From NCBI GenBank assembly GCA_963815115.1, contig CAWFFN010000012.1:416001-480000 (forward strand): a DNA stretch of 64,000 nucleotides, written 5' to 3'. Positions 1 to 9,749 of this stretch are shown here, in pieces (the stretch's first letter is position 1; every line of letters begins with the position of its first letter). The stretch is from an uncultured delta proteobacterium (GTDB taxonomy: Bacteria; Desulfobacterota; Binatia; DP-6). The position numbers and the translations under genes are program-made. The notes under the pieces are model-generated. The model was not told the origin of the DNA and ran no database searches. It worked only from the letters and a program-made list of their open reading frames with translations.

Positions 1-1
1 G

Positions 2-766
2 CGCTTCATCGTGCTGCGGCACACGGTCGAGCATCCCCGCCGGCGGATCGCGCTGGTCGGCAAGGGCATCACGTTCGATTCCGGCGGGCTCTCCCTCAAG
101 CCGGCGAAGGCGATGGAGACCATGAAGTACGACATGGCGGGTGGCGCGGCCGTGCTGCACGCGGTCTCCGTCGCTGCCGCGCTCGCCCTGCCCCTCGAGG
201 TCGCCGCTTTCGTTCCCGCCACGGAGAACCTTCCCGGCGGCAACGCGCAGAAGCCCGGCGACGTGATCCGCTACACCAACGGCAAGACCGTCGAGGTGAT
301 GAACACGGATGCGGAAGGGCGACTCGTCCTCGCCGACGCCCTGGTCGTCGCGAGCCGGTCGGCGCCCGACGCGATCATCGATCTGGCCACCCTCACCGGC
401 TCTGCCCGGGTCGCGCTCGGTGCGCTCTACGCGTGCGTCTTCGGGAACGACCAGGTGCTCGTCGACGAGCTGATCGCGGCGGGCCGGGCTTCGGGGGAGC
501 CTCTCTGGCAGCTTCCGCTCGTGCGCGAGTACCGGGAAGACCTGAGGAGCGGCATCGCCGATCTGAAGAACGTCGGTGGCAGCGACGCGGGTGCGATCGT
601 GGCGGCGCTCTTCCTCGCCGAGTTCGTGAACGGCGTGCCGTGGGCTCATCTCGACATCGCCGGCCCGGCGTTCGCGGACAAGGAAGGTGCGCTCGCCCCG
701 CGCGGCGCGACCGGCTACGGCGTGCGACTGCTGGTCGAGTACCTGCGCGCCGCCGCCGGCCGCTGA
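2..766 (+). CDS. pepA: Leucyl aminopeptidase (M17), C-terminal part; 5' end lies outside the window
   Basis: Motifs VGKGITFDSGG, MKYDMAG, NTDAEGRL, DLATLTG, WAHLDIAG; frame is open from the window edge. Confidence 0.95.
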   Translation, partial: RFIVLRHTVEHPRRRIALVGKGITFDSGGLSLKPAKAMETMKYDMAGGAAVLHAVSVAAALALPLEVAAFVPATENLPGGNAQKPGDVIRYTNGKTVEVMNTDAEGRLVLADALVVASRSAPDAIIDLATLTGSARVALGALYACVFGNDQVLVDELIAAGRASGEPLWQLPLVREYREDLRSGIADLKNVGGSDAGAIVAALFLAEFVNGVPWAHLDIAGPAFADKEGALAPRGATGYGVRLLVEYLRAAAGR

Positions 767-776
767 GGCGGTGCCC

Positions 777-2096
777 CTACGACGCGAGCGGGAAGCGCTC
801 GCGCACGAACGCCTCGGCAGCGGCGCGGGTCGTGACCTCGCCCTCGAGCTGTGCGTCCTCCAGCGAGCGGAGGATCTCACCGACGCGGGGCCCGGCGGCG
901 TACCCCATGGCGAGGAGGTCCCGCCCGCCCAGCAGGCGCGCGGGGCGCAGGTCCTCCGCGCGCAGCTCCAGACGGCGCCGCTCGCAGAAGAGCACGTAGC
1001 GCAGGTCCCGGCTCGAGGCGAGCGCGTCGAGCCGCGCGACGCGGCAGAGCTCGTCGAAGCCGTCCTCGACGAGCATCTTCTTGAGGGTGGCCAGTCGCAT
1101 GTCCGGCGCCTGGGTGAGCCGGAGATGGTGGCGCACGAGGTAGTCGACGCGCTCCCAGGTGGTGCGGCTGCGCCGCAGGCGCTGGCAGATCGCGACGGCG
1201 AGGTCGGCGCCGACGGCGGGATGGCCGTAGAAGGTGATGCGCTCCCCCTTGCGCCCGGCGCACAGCGGCTTCGCGACGTCGTGCAGGAGGGCGCCCAGCG
1301 CGAGCGACTCCGGAGCACCCGCGGGAAGCTGCTGGAGCAGCAGCAGGGTGTGCTGCCAGACGTCGCCCTCCGGGTGGTAGTCCGGCGACTGCGCCACTCC
1401 TCGCATGCGATCGACCTCGGGCAGGACGACGGGGAGCAATCCCGTCTCCGCGAGCAGCTCGAAGCCGCGCCGGGCGCCCCCCTCGGTGAGCAACTTCACG
1501 ATCTCGTCTCCGATGCGCTCGGCGGCGATGTCGCCCAGGGTCGGCGCGGCGGCGACGATCGCCGCATGCGTCGCGGGATCGATGCGGAAGCCCAACCTGG
1601 CGGCGAATCGGACGGCGCGCAACATGCGAAGACGATCCTCGGCGATGCGCGCCCCGGCGTCGCCGATGGCGCGGATCACGCCGGCGCGCAGGTCGGCCAC
1701 GCCCCCGACGAAGTCCTGGACCGCTCCCGTGAGGGGGTCCTCGAAGAGGGCGTTGATGGTGAAGTCGCGCCGGCCGGCGTCCTCGCGTGCGGAGCCGAAG
1801 TGCACCGCGCTCGGCCGCCGGCCGTCGACGTAAGCCTCGTCCGACCGGAACGTCGCCACCTCGAAGCGCTCCCCGTGCTCCACCACGAGGATCACCCCGA
1901 ACTGCACGCCAACCGGCACGGTGCGGGGAAAGAGCTCGCGGACGGCTTCGGGATGCGCGCTGGTCGCGACGTCCCAGTCGAGGGGCGCGCGGCCGAGCAG
2001 GCGGTCGCGTACGCTGCCCCCCGCCAGGTAGGCCTCGTGACCGGCGGCCCGCAGCCGCCGGACGATGCTAGCTGCCGTTCGCCCCCGATCCGTCAT
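777..2096 (-). CDS. cca: CCA-adding tRNA nucleotidyltransferase / poly(A) polymerase family with HD domain
   Basis: GGSVRD, DWDVAT, RRDFTINA, EDRLRMLRAVRF; HD domain HPEGDVWQH...LLHDVAK. Confidence 0.9.
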   Translation of the reverse strand: MTDRGRTAASIVRRLRAAGHEAYLAGGSVRDRLLGRAPLDWDVATSAHPEAVRELFPRTVPVGVQFGVILVVEHGERFEVATFRSDEAYVDGRRPSAVHFGSAREDAGRRDFTINALFEDPLTGAVQDFVGGVADLRAGVIRAIGDAGARIAEDRLRMLRAVRFAARLGFRIDPATHAAIVAAAPTLGDIAAERIGDEIVKLLTEGGARRGFELLAETGLLPVVLPEVDRMRGVAQSPDYHPEGDVWQHTLLLLQQLPAGAPESLALGALLHDVAKPLCAGRKGERITFYGHPAVGADLAVAICQRLRRSRTTWERVDYLVRHHLRLTQAPDMRLATLKKMLVEDGFDELCRVARLDALASSRDLRYVLFCERRRLELRAEDLRPARLLGGRDLLAMGYAAGPRVGEILRSLEDAQLEGEVTTRAAAEAFVRERFPLAS

Positions 2097-3327
2097 GTGG
2101 GAAGGTGAAGAGGACCTTCACGGCCGCCGAGGCGGCCTGGTCGCCGCAGGCGAGCAAGGCGTCCCGGTAGCGCTCCAGCGGGAACCGGTGGGTCAGGATC
2201 GGCGTCACGTCGATGCGCCGCTGCCGGACGAGGTCGAGATAGATCTCCATCGAGTGCCGGCGCTCGCCCTCGAACTCCTCGACGCCGAAGGCGTTGGATC
2301 CGATGACCGTGATCTCCTTGAAGTACAGCGGGGTCCACTCGAAGCGGCGGGGCATCTCGACGCCGGTGATCACGAGGGCGCCACGCGAGGCGGCGATGCG
2401 GATGCCCACCTCGACGGTCTCCGGAAAACCCACCGTGTCGTAGACGACGTCGACGCCCCCGCCGTGGAGCCAGGGCATCCCGAACCAGGGCGTGAGCACC
2501 TGCGCGTCGGTCTCCGCCCCGACGCGCGTGACGATGTCCCTGGTCGGCGCGTGCGGCAGCACGGTTGCGGCGCCGAAGCGCTCTGCCAGGGCGTGCTGGT
2601 GCGGGAAGCGCGCCACTGCCAGCACGCGGCTTGCGGGGTGGAGCAGGCGGAGGATCGCGATGGTGAGGAGCCCGAGCGTGCCGCAGCCGTACACCAGCAC
2701 CGGCGCACCCGGCGCCGGCGGCCGCTTGAGCACCGCGTGCAGCGAGACCGAGAACGGATCGGCCAGCACGGCCTCCTCGTCGCTCACCTCGTCGGGAATC
2801 GGGATGCACATCGACTCGTGGGCCGGGACGAAGGGGGCGAAGCCGCCGGTCGCCGCGCTGCTGTTGCCGGTGTGGATGCCCGGCGGGATGGCGCCCAGGG
2901 CGAAGTTGCGGCAGATCGAGTACTGGCCGTCGCGACACTCGGGACAGGGTGGCGTGATGCCGCGCGGCCCGCACGAGAGCCAGGGATTCAGGACGACCCG
3001 CTCGCCGGCCCGACGCGTGCGTACCCCGGGGCCGACGCGCTCGACCGTACCGACGACCTCGTGTCCCAGCACCTGCGGGAACGAGATCAACGCCGTCATC
3101 GGGTTGTCCATGCTGCCGTTCAAGAAGATCTGCTTGTAGTCGCTGCCACAGATGCCGCAGAGCCGGGTGCGCAGCACCAGCCAGCCGTCGGCAGGGAAGA
3201 GCGGCTCGGGAATCTCCTTCAGGGTGGTGGTCGAGAACGGTCCCAGGAAGAAGCGCTTGTCGAGGCGGCCGAGGAGGCTCGAGACCACCTGGCGCGGCAC
3301 GCTCGCGTCGCACACCAGGGCCCGCAT
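2068..3327 (-). CDS. Zinc-binding medium-chain dehydrogenase
   Basis: CGICGSD, GHE, structural Zn cysteines C..CPEC..C, Rossmann GCGTLG; start placed at the ATG of MRALVCD. Confidence 0.88.
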   Translation of the reverse strand: MRALVCDASVPRQVVSSLLGRLDKRFFLGPFSTTTLKEIPEPLFPADGWLVLRTRLCGICGSDYKQIFLNGSMDNPMTALISFPQVLGHEVVGTVERVGPGVRTRRAGERVVLNPWLSCGPRGITPPCPECRDGQYSICRNFALGAIPPGIHTGNSSAATGGFAPFVPAHESMCIPIPDEVSDEEAVLADPFSVSLHAVLKRPPAPGAPVLVYGCGTLGLLTIAILRLLHPASRVLAVARFPHQHALAERFGAATVLPHAPTRDIVTRVGAETDAQVLTPWFGMPWLHGGGVDVVYDTVGFPETVEVGIRIAASRGALVITGVEMPRRFEWTPLYFKEITVIGSNAFGVEEFEGERRHSMEIYLDLVRQRRIDVTPILTHRFPLERYRDALLACGDQAASAAVKVLFTFPHDGSGANGS

Positions 3328-3374
3328 GGCCACGAGCCAAGCATGCCAGGCGACGCGGGCGCAAGCGCAGCCGG

Positions 3375-4814
3375 TTGAGCCGGCGCCGTGCCCTGGGGCA
3401 CGATGCGGACGTGGCCACCCAGTCTCCCTCGCCGCGCTCGCACCGGGCCATTCCCTCGGTCGAACGTCTGCTGCGCGCGCCGGCGGCGACGCTGCTGCTC
3501 GCGCGCTGGCGGCGCGAGCGCGTGATCGAGATCGTACGGCTGGTGCTGCGCGAGCTCCGCCACGAGCTGGACGCGGGCGCCGGGGTGCCGGACGACGATG
3601 CGCTGCTGACTCGCGTCGGCGCGCGGCTCGACACCGCGGCCGCTCCCCGGCTCGGCCGCGTCGTCAACGCCACCGGGATCGTGCTGCACACCAACCTCGG
3701 CCGTGCCCCGCTGGCGGAGGCGGCGGTCGAGGCCGTCGTCCTGGCGGCGCGCGGGGCCGTCAACCTCGAGCTCGACCTGGCCACGGGTCGTCGCGGGTCG
3801 CGCGACGCGCTGGTCGAGGCCGACCTGCGAGCCCTCACCGGCGCCCAGGCGGCCCTGGTGGTGAACAACAACGCGGCGGCCGTCTTGCTGGCGGTCGCCG
3901 CCCTCGCGGGCGGCCGCGAGGTGGTGGTGTCGCGCGGCGAGCTGGTCGAGATCGGCGGCAGCTTCCGCATGCCGGAGGTGATGGCCATCGGCGGCGCTCG
4001 CCTGCGGGAGGTCGGCACCACGAACCGCACCCACGCCGACGACTATCGCCGGGCCGTCGGTCCGGAGACGGGGCTGATCGTGAAGGCGCACACCAGCAAC
4101 TACCGGATCGTCGGCTTCACGACGTCGGTCGCGCTGCCGGAGCTGGCGGACATCGCGCGCGCCGCCGGAGTCCCTCTCCTGGAAGACCTCGGCAGCGGGG
4201 CGCTCGTCGATCTCGCGGAGCACGGCCTGCCGCGCGAGCCGCTGGTGCGCGAGCGCGTGGCGGCGGGTGCCGACCTGGTCAGCTTCAGCGGCGACAAGCT
4301 GCTCGGCGGACCGCAGGCCGGCATCGTCGTCGGGCGTGCCGACCTGATCGCGCTGCTGGCCCACCATCCGCTGCGGCGTGCGCTGCGGCCGGACAAGCTG
4401 ACCATGGCCGCGCTCGCCGCCACGCTTCGTCTCTACCGCGACGTGCCGGACCTGCGTGACGCCCTCCCGGTGCTGCGCTGGCTCACGCGACCGCTCGGCG
4501 AGATGGAGGAAATCGGCCGCACGCTCGCGCCTGCGCTGGCCGCTCGACTCGGGCCGGGACACCGCGTCACGGTCGTCCCGTCGGAGGCCGAGGCGGGGTC
4601 GGGCGCGCTCCCGGTGGCGCCGCTCGAGAGCCGGGCCCTCGCGGTCGAGCATGCCGAACGCTCGCCCGAGGAGATCGCGCAGCGCTTCCGCCAGGCGCGT
4701 CCGCCGGTGCTGGGCCGCATTCACGGGGGGCGCTTCCTGCTCGACCTGCGCGGCATCTTCGCCGAGGCGGACCTGCTGGTCGACCTGGCCTCAGCCGGCT
4801 CGCCATGCCGCTGA
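3375..4814 (+). CDS. selA: L-seryl-tRNA(Sec) selenium transferase
   Basis: NATGIVLHTNLGRA, VNNNAAA, SRGELVEIGGSFR, FSGDKLLGGPQ (PLP Lys); exact start uncertain. Confidence 0.96.
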   Translation: MSRRRALGHDADVATQSPSPRSHRAIPSVERLLRAPAATLLLARWRRERVIEIVRLVLRELRHELDAGAGVPDDDALLTRVGARLDTAAAPRLGRVVNATGIVLHTNLGRAPLAEAAVEAVVLAARGAVNLELDLATGRRGSRDALVEADLRALTGAQAALVVNNNAAAVLLAVAALAGGREVVVSRGELVEIGGSFRMPEVMAIGGARLREVGTTNRTHADDYRRAVGPETGLIVKAHTSNYRIVGFTTSVALPELADIARAAGVPLLEDLGSGALVDLAEHGLPREPLVRERVAAGADLVSFSGDKLLGGPQAGIVVGRADLIALLAHHPLRRALRPDKLTMAALAATLRLYRDVPDLRDALPVLRWLTRPLGEMEEIGRTLAPALAARLGPGHRVTVVPSEAEAGSGALPVAPLESRALAVEHAERSPEEIAQRFRQARPPVLGRIHGGRFLLDLRGIFAEADLLVDLASAGSPCR

Positions 4815-6709
4815 TCATCGGCACGGCGGGCCACATCGACCACGGCAAGACCGCGCTCGTCCGGGCTCTCACCGGCCAGGATACCGACCGCCTGAAGGAG
4901 GAGAAGGCACGCGGGATATCGATCGATCTCGGATTCGCCTGGCTCGACGGTCCCCGGGGCGAGCGCGCAGCAATCGTCGACGTGCCCGGCCACGAGCGCT
5001 TCATCCGCAACATGCTGGCAGGGGCCCACGGCATCGACCTCGTGCTGTTCACGGTCGCTGCCGACGACGGCGTGATGCCGCAGACCGAGGAGCATCTCGA
5101 CATCCTGCATCTGCTGGGGGTCCGGCACGGCATCTTCGTCATCACCAAGACCGACCTGGTGGATGCCGCCCGCGTGGCGGCGGTGCGGGAGGAGATCGAG
5201 ATCCTGACGCTCGACACGACGCTCGAGGATGCCCCGGTCGTGCCCGTGTCGACCGTCACCGGAGAGGGGCTGGACGTCCTGCGCTCCGAGATCGCGACCC
5301 GGCTCGCAGCGCCCAGGGACGCGGGCCGGGTCGGCTGGTTTCGCCTCCCGGTCGATCGCGCCTTCGTCATCCGCGGCCACGGTGTCGTCGTCACCGGCAC
5401 CGCCGTTGCGGGCACGGTCGCGGAGGGAGACGCGGTGCGCCTCCTGCCCGCGGGACCGAGCGCGCGTGTCCGCGGGCTCGAGGTCCACGGCGCCGCCGTC
5501 AGGCATGCCGGCCGCGGGCAGCGCGTCGCCATGAACCTGGCTGGCCTCGAGCCGGGCGAGGTCGGACGCGGCGACGTCGTCTGCGATCCCCGCCTCGAGC
5601 GTACCACGATGCGCCTCGACGCCCGGCTCGAGGTCCGGCCGGCGGCGCGCCGGCCGGTCGCGAGCCACGACCGCGTACGGGTGCACCTCGGGACCGCCGA
5701 GGTGCTCGGGACGGTCGTGCTCCTCGACGGCAGGACGGAGCTACCGCCGCGCAGCACCGGCTGGGTGCAGCTCGTCCTGCGCGCGCCGGTGCTGGCGCTG
5801 CGCGGCGACCGCTTCGTGCTGCGCGATCAGACGGCGCGCTGGACGGTCGGCGGCGGCGTGGTGGTGGATCCGTTCGCGGAGCGCCACCGGCGTGATGCGG
5901 CGGGGGTGCCCGCCACGCTCGCCCGCCTGGACGGCGGGACCGATGCCGAGGCGGCCGCCACGCTCCTCGACCTGAGCCGGGAATTCGCCGTTCCCGTCGT
6001 CATCCTCGAGCAGGCCCTCGGGCTGAGCGGCGAGCGTGTCGTACAGGCGCTCGCCACCGTCCCGGACGCCGTCCCGGTTCCGGACGCCGCCGCGCCGGAG
6101 GCCTACACGACGACGGGCAGATGGGAGCGATTCTGCGCCGGAGCGACGGGGGCGGTCGCCGCGCACCATCGGATCGAGCCGCTCGCCTCCGGACTCGAGC
6201 TGGAGAGCCTGCGCGCGCAGCTTCCGTGGGACGTGCCGGCGCGGGTCTTCCGGTGGGGCATCGAGCGTCTGGTGAGCGCGGGCCGGCTCGTGCGCGAGGA
6301 TGGCACGGTGCGCGCTCCGGACCATCGCGTGCGACTCGGCGAGGAGGCCCGCGAGCTGGGAGCGCGCGTCGAGCAGCTACTCGCCGACGCGGGATTCACG
6401 CCGCCCGACCTCCGTCAGCTCGAGGCGTCGGTGGGCGTCGAACGCAAGGCGCTCGCCGAGGTCCTCGGCGTGCTCCACGGGGAGGGGCGCGTGATCCGGG
6501 TCGCACCCGATCTCTTCTTCGCCCGCCCGGCGGTCGACGAGGCGCGCGCCCGCCTGGAGACCCATTGCCGCGCGCACGGGGAGATCACCGCGGCTGCCTT
6601 CCGCGACCTCATCGGCGCGAGCCGGAAGTTCTCCATCGCGCTGCTCGACTGGTTCGATCGCAGCGGCGTGACCATCCGCGTCGGCGATCTGCGGCGGCTG
6701 CGACGGTAG
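4805..6709 (+). CDS. selB: Selenocysteine-specific elongation factor
   Basis: GTAGHIDHGKT, RGISIDLGF, DVPGHERF, TKTD; C-terminal winged helix with SRKFSIALLDWFD. Confidence 0.97.
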   Translation: MPLIIGTAGHIDHGKTALVRALTGQDTDRLKEEKARGISIDLGFAWLDGPRGERAAIVDVPGHERFIRNMLAGAHGIDLVLFTVAADDGVMPQTEEHLDILHLLGVRHGIFVITKTDLVDAARVAAVREEIEILTLDTTLEDAPVVPVSTVTGEGLDVLRSEIATRLAAPRDAGRVGWFRLPVDRAFVIRGHGVVVTGTAVAGTVAEGDAVRLLPAGPSARVRGLEVHGAAVRHAGRGQRVAMNLAGLEPGEVGRGDVVCDPRLERTTMRLDARLEVRPAARRPVASHDRVRVHLGTAEVLGTVVLLDGRTELPPRSTGWVQLVLRAPVLALRGDRFVLRDQTARWTVGGGVVVDPFAERHRRDAAGVPATLARLDGGTDAEAAATLLDLSREFAVPVVILEQALGLSGERVVQALATVPDAVPVPDAAAPEAYTTTGRWERFCAGATGAVAAHHRIEPLASGLELESLRAQLPWDVPARVFRWGIERLVSAGRLVREDGTVRAPDHRVRLGEEARELGARVEQLLADAGFTPPDLRQLEASVGVERKALAEVLGVLHGEGRVIRVAPDLFFARPAVDEARARLETHCRAHGEITAAAFRDLIGASRKFSIALLDWFDRSGVTIRVGDLRRLRR

Positions 6710-6742
6710 ACCGCCGCACGTCCGCCGCGCTAGCGTGGCGGC

Positions 6743-7819
6743 ATGGACCACGGCGAGCCCTCCTCCCCGCAGCCCTTCCGCCTCACCGAGCGGTCTCGCG
6801 CCGCCGGATGCGCCGCCAAGCTGGGTCCGGCGGAGCTGTCGCGGGTGCTCGCGGCGCTGCCCCGGTCGGCGCATCCCGACCTGCTCGTCGGCACGTCCAC
6901 GGCAGACGATGCCGGCGTGTTCCGCCTCACCCCGGATTTGGCGCTGGTCCAGACGGTCGATTTCTTCACGCCCATCGTCGACGATGCCTTCCAGTTCGGC
7001 GCGATCGCCGCGGCGAATGCGCTCTCCGACGTCTATGCCATGGGTGGCGAGCCGCGGACGGCGCTGAACATCACCTGCTTCCCACAGCAGGGCGTGCCCA
7101 TGGAGGTGCTGGGCGAGATCCTGCGCGGCGGAATCGCCAAGGCGGACGAGGCGGGCGTGGTGGTGCTCGGCGGCCACACCGTCAACGACGAGGAGATCAA
7201 GTTCGGCATGGCGGTGACCGGCCTGGTGCACCCGGATCGCATCTGGCGCAACGTCGGCGCGCGGCCGGGTGACGTCCTGGTGCTCACCAAGGCGCTCGGC
7301 ACGGGCATCCTCACCACCGCGGCCAAGCATGGCGCGGCGCCCGCATCCGACCTCGCCACGGCGGTGCACGGCATGCTGGCGCTGAACGCCACCGCCGCGC
7401 ACGTCCTGCGCGACTTCTCGGTGCGAGCGTGCACCGACGTCACGGGGTTCTCGCTCCTCGGCCATGGCTTCGAGATGGCGCACGGCAGCGGCGTGCGCCT
7501 CGTGCTCGACGCATCGCGACTCCCGGTGCTTCCCGGCGCTTGCTCGCTCGCGCTCGCCGGACAGCTCACCGGGGGCTGCCGGCGCAATCGCGCCTGGCTG
7601 GGCGAGCGGGTCGAGATCGAAGCCGGCGTTCCCGCGGATGTCGTCGAGGTGGCCTACGACCCGCAGACGTCGGGGGGCCTGCTGGCGGCGGTGCCCGCCG
7701 CCGAGGCCGAGGCGGTGGTGGCCGCGATGCGCGCGGCCGGGATCGCAGCCGCTTCGATCGTCGGTCGTGTCGAGGCGCGCCGGGACGGCGCCTGGATCGA
7801 GCTGCGCGCCGGGTCCTAG
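6743..7819 (+). CDS. selD: Selenide, water dikinase (Cys form)
   Basis: AAGCAAK (TGC codon, not TGA), DDAGV, VDFFTPIVDD, ANALSDVYAMGG, DPQTSGGLL. Confidence 0.96.
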   Translation: MDHGEPSSPQPFRLTERSRAAGCAAKLGPAELSRVLAALPRSAHPDLLVGTSTADDAGVFRLTPDLALVQTVDFFTPIVDDAFQFGAIAAANALSDVYAMGGEPRTALNITCFPQQGVPMEVLGEILRGGIAKADEAGVVVLGGHTVNDEEIKFGMAVTGLVHPDRIWRNVGARPGDVLVLTKALGTGILTTAAKHGAAPASDLATAVHGMLALNATAAHVLRDFSVRACTDVTGFSLLGHGFEMAHGSGVRLVLDASRLPVLPGACSLALAGQLTGGCRRNRAWLGERVEIEAGVPADVVEVAYDPQTSGGLLAAVPAAEAEAVVAAMRAAGIAAASIVGRVEARRDGAWIELRAGS

Positions 7820-7974
7820 GAGAAGCGCGAGGCTGGCGCCGAGACGGCACGCGTGCAGGCGCCGGACGGGCTGGGCCAGAGCTGCGGGCGTGCCATGTTT
7901 TGCCGCGCCGGCTTCGCCGGCCGCGGCACGGCGGCCGCCTGATCCACCGATCGCCACACGTTCGCTTCCGCTCT

Positions 7975-7999
7975 CGACCCGAGACGCAGTCTCGGGTCG
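7975..7999. terminator. Perfect 11-bp hairpin between convergent selD and foldase genes
   Basis: CGACCCGAGAC-gca-GTCTCGGGTCG; no clear U-tract on either side. Confidence 0.4.
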
Positions 8000-8005
8000 G
8001 GCCCT

Positions 8006-8953
8006 CTAGTGGCCGCCGACCACCCCGCCCATGGCCCCGGGCCCGGTCGGCGCGGGCGGTGGGGTGATCTTCGCGAGGGCGGCATCGTCGATCTTCACGT
8101 TCGCCGCCTGCTTGAGCCCGTCGAACTTGGTCTGCATCGTGTCCTGGAGCTGCCGGTTGCGGAGCGTGGTCTTGATCTGCTCCTTCACCTGATCGAAGGG
8201 CTTGCGCTCGCCTTCCTGGCGCTCCGTCACCAGGATGATGTGATACCCGTACTGGGTCTTCACGACGTCGCTCATCTGACCGGGCTTGAGCCCGAACGCC
8301 ACCGCTTCGAACTCGGGCACCATGCGGCCCTGGCCGAACGTGCCGAGGTCGCCGCCCTTCGCTCCGCTCGTCTTGTCGATCGACTGCTCCTTCGCCACCT
8401 CGGCGAACTTGCTCGGGTCCGCCGCCAGCTGATCGTGGAGCTTCTTCGCAGTCTGCTCGTCCTTCACCAGGATGTGGCTGGCATGGATCTGCGTGCTCGA
8501 GTAGAGGCCCGGATTGTCGTCGTAGTACTTCTTCGCCTCCTCGTCGGAGATCGTGGGCGGCTTCTGGTACTCCCGCATGAGGCGCTGGACGACGAGCCGC
8601 TTGCGCATGTCGTCGACCTGCTTCTGGATGTCGGGATCCTTGTCGTAGCCGGCCTTCTGCGCCTCGGCGAAGAGCAGGTCGTTCAGGATCAGGTTCTCCA
8701 CGAACTGCCGCTTCCGATCCGGCGCCGAGAGATAGGTGCGCGAGGGTCCGGGCAGGCGATCGATCTCGCTCAGGACCTCGGCGCCGGTGAGCTTCTTGCC
8801 GGCGTAGGTCGCGATCACCTCGGTCGTTTCGGCGGTCGGGGCGGCGGCCTGCTCGGGCGCCGCGGCCGGGGCGCTGGCCTGCTCCTTGGTCCCCTGGCAG
8901 CCCGCGGCCAGCAGCACGGCACAACACGTCGCGACCACGTGACGGGTGCGCAT
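8006..8953 (-). CDS. PpiC/parvulin-type peptidyl-prolyl isomerase lipoprotein (PrsA-like foldase)
   Basis: Lipobox LAAGC; ASHILV, GGDLG, MVPEFE, TQYGYHII. Confidence 0.92.
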   Translation of the reverse strand: MRTRHVVATCCAVLLAAGCQGTKEQASAPAAAPEQAAAPTAETTEVIATYAGKKLTGAEVLSEIDRLPGPSRTYLSAPDRKRQFVENLILNDLLFAEAQKAGYDKDPDIQKQVDDMRKRLVVQRLMREYQKPPTISDEEAKKYYDDNPGLYSSTQIHASHILVKDEQTAKKLHDQLAADPSKFAEVAKEQSIDKTSGAKGGDLGTFGQGRMVPEFEAVAFGLKPGQMSDVVKTQYGYHIILVTERQEGERKPFDQVKEQIKTTLRNRQLQDTMQTKFDGLKQAANVKIDDAALAKITPPPAPTGPGAMGGVVGGH

Positions 8954-8987
8954 AGGCCCGGACGCATAGCCAGCGCCGCGCAGGAAG

Positions 8988-9473
8988 TCAATTTTCTACC
9001 GGCGCCGACGTGGTCGATGCGAGCAGGTGACGGCGACGCGCCAGGGCGAGCGCCACGCCCGCGCACACGCCCGACGCATCGACGGCGACGTCGCGCGGAG
9101 ACGCCGTTCGACTCGGCACGAACTCCTGGTGGAGCTCGTCCACCGTCGCCCAGCCCCCGCCGATGAGGATGGCTCCCAGGACGAGCGGCAGCCCGACCAG
9201 CCCCTCCTCGCGCAGCGCGCGGACGAGCAGGACACCCAGCACGAGGTACTCGACCACGTGCGCACTCTTGCGAACCATGGCGTGGACGAAGTCGAGATGC
9301 TCGGGTGGAGCCCAGGGGAGCAGGGCGCGCAGGATCGGCAGGAGGAAGCTGCCGGTCTCCTCGCCCGAGAACCAGCCGGTCGAGAACGTCGAGATGAGGA
9401 GCGCCCAGGCGACGACCGCGAGCCAGGCGCGCAGACGCGGACTCGCCAGGCGAGGCGGAGCGGATCTAGGCAA
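8988..9473 (-). CDS. VanZ-like membrane protein
   Basis: VRKSAHVVEY, DELHQEFVPSRTAS, DVAVD; start uncertain. Confidence 0.85.
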   Translation of the reverse strand: MPRSAPPRLASPRLRAWLAVVAWALLISTFSTGWFSGEETGSFLLPILRALLPWAPPEHLDFVHAMVRKSAHVVEYLVLGVLLVRALREEGLVGLPLVLGAILIGGGWATVDELHQEFVPSRTASPRDVAVDASGVCAGVALALARRRHLLASTTSAPVEN

Positions 9474-9729
9474 GCTCGTCGATCGTCTTGTTGATCAGCG
9501 CCAGCAGATCCTCGCCGAACTCCGCGTCGATGAAGCTCTCGATCTTCTCGCGCTGCGAGGCGTAGCGCTTGCCGCTCGCCTCGGCGGCGAGCTGGGTGCC
9601 GGCGAGCACGTCGAGAAACTCGAGCATGCCGGGCTTGCCGCCCGGATCGCTCGCCGACAGGATGCGGTCGAACGCCAGCCGGAGCGTGAGATACGACAGC
9701 CGGTATTTCGATTCTTCGTCGAGCTCCAT
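9466..9729 (-). CDS. Small hypothetical protein (87 aa, MELDEESKYRL...)
   Basis: Protein-like tail of a long shadow ORF; GGAAGG RBS upstream of ATG 9729; fills the gap between neighbouring genes. Confidence 0.8.
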   Translation of the reverse strand: MELDEESKYRLSYLTLRLAFDRILSASDPGGKPGMLEFLDVLAGTQLAAEASGKRYASQREKIESFIDAEFGEDLLALINKTIDELA

Positions 9730-9749
9730 GGGATCCTTCCGTCGGGAGC

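Noticed and set aside
2068-2096. 29-nt overlap of the dehydrogenase end with the cca start
   Set aside because: Short same-strand overlaps are common and both proteins look intact.
6800-6822. Selenocysteine in the SelD active site
   Set aside because: The codon is TGC (Cys).
7820-8005. Possible selC tRNA after selD
   Set aside because: No TTCAAA anticodon loop, no T-arm GTTCGA and no cloverleaf could be built.
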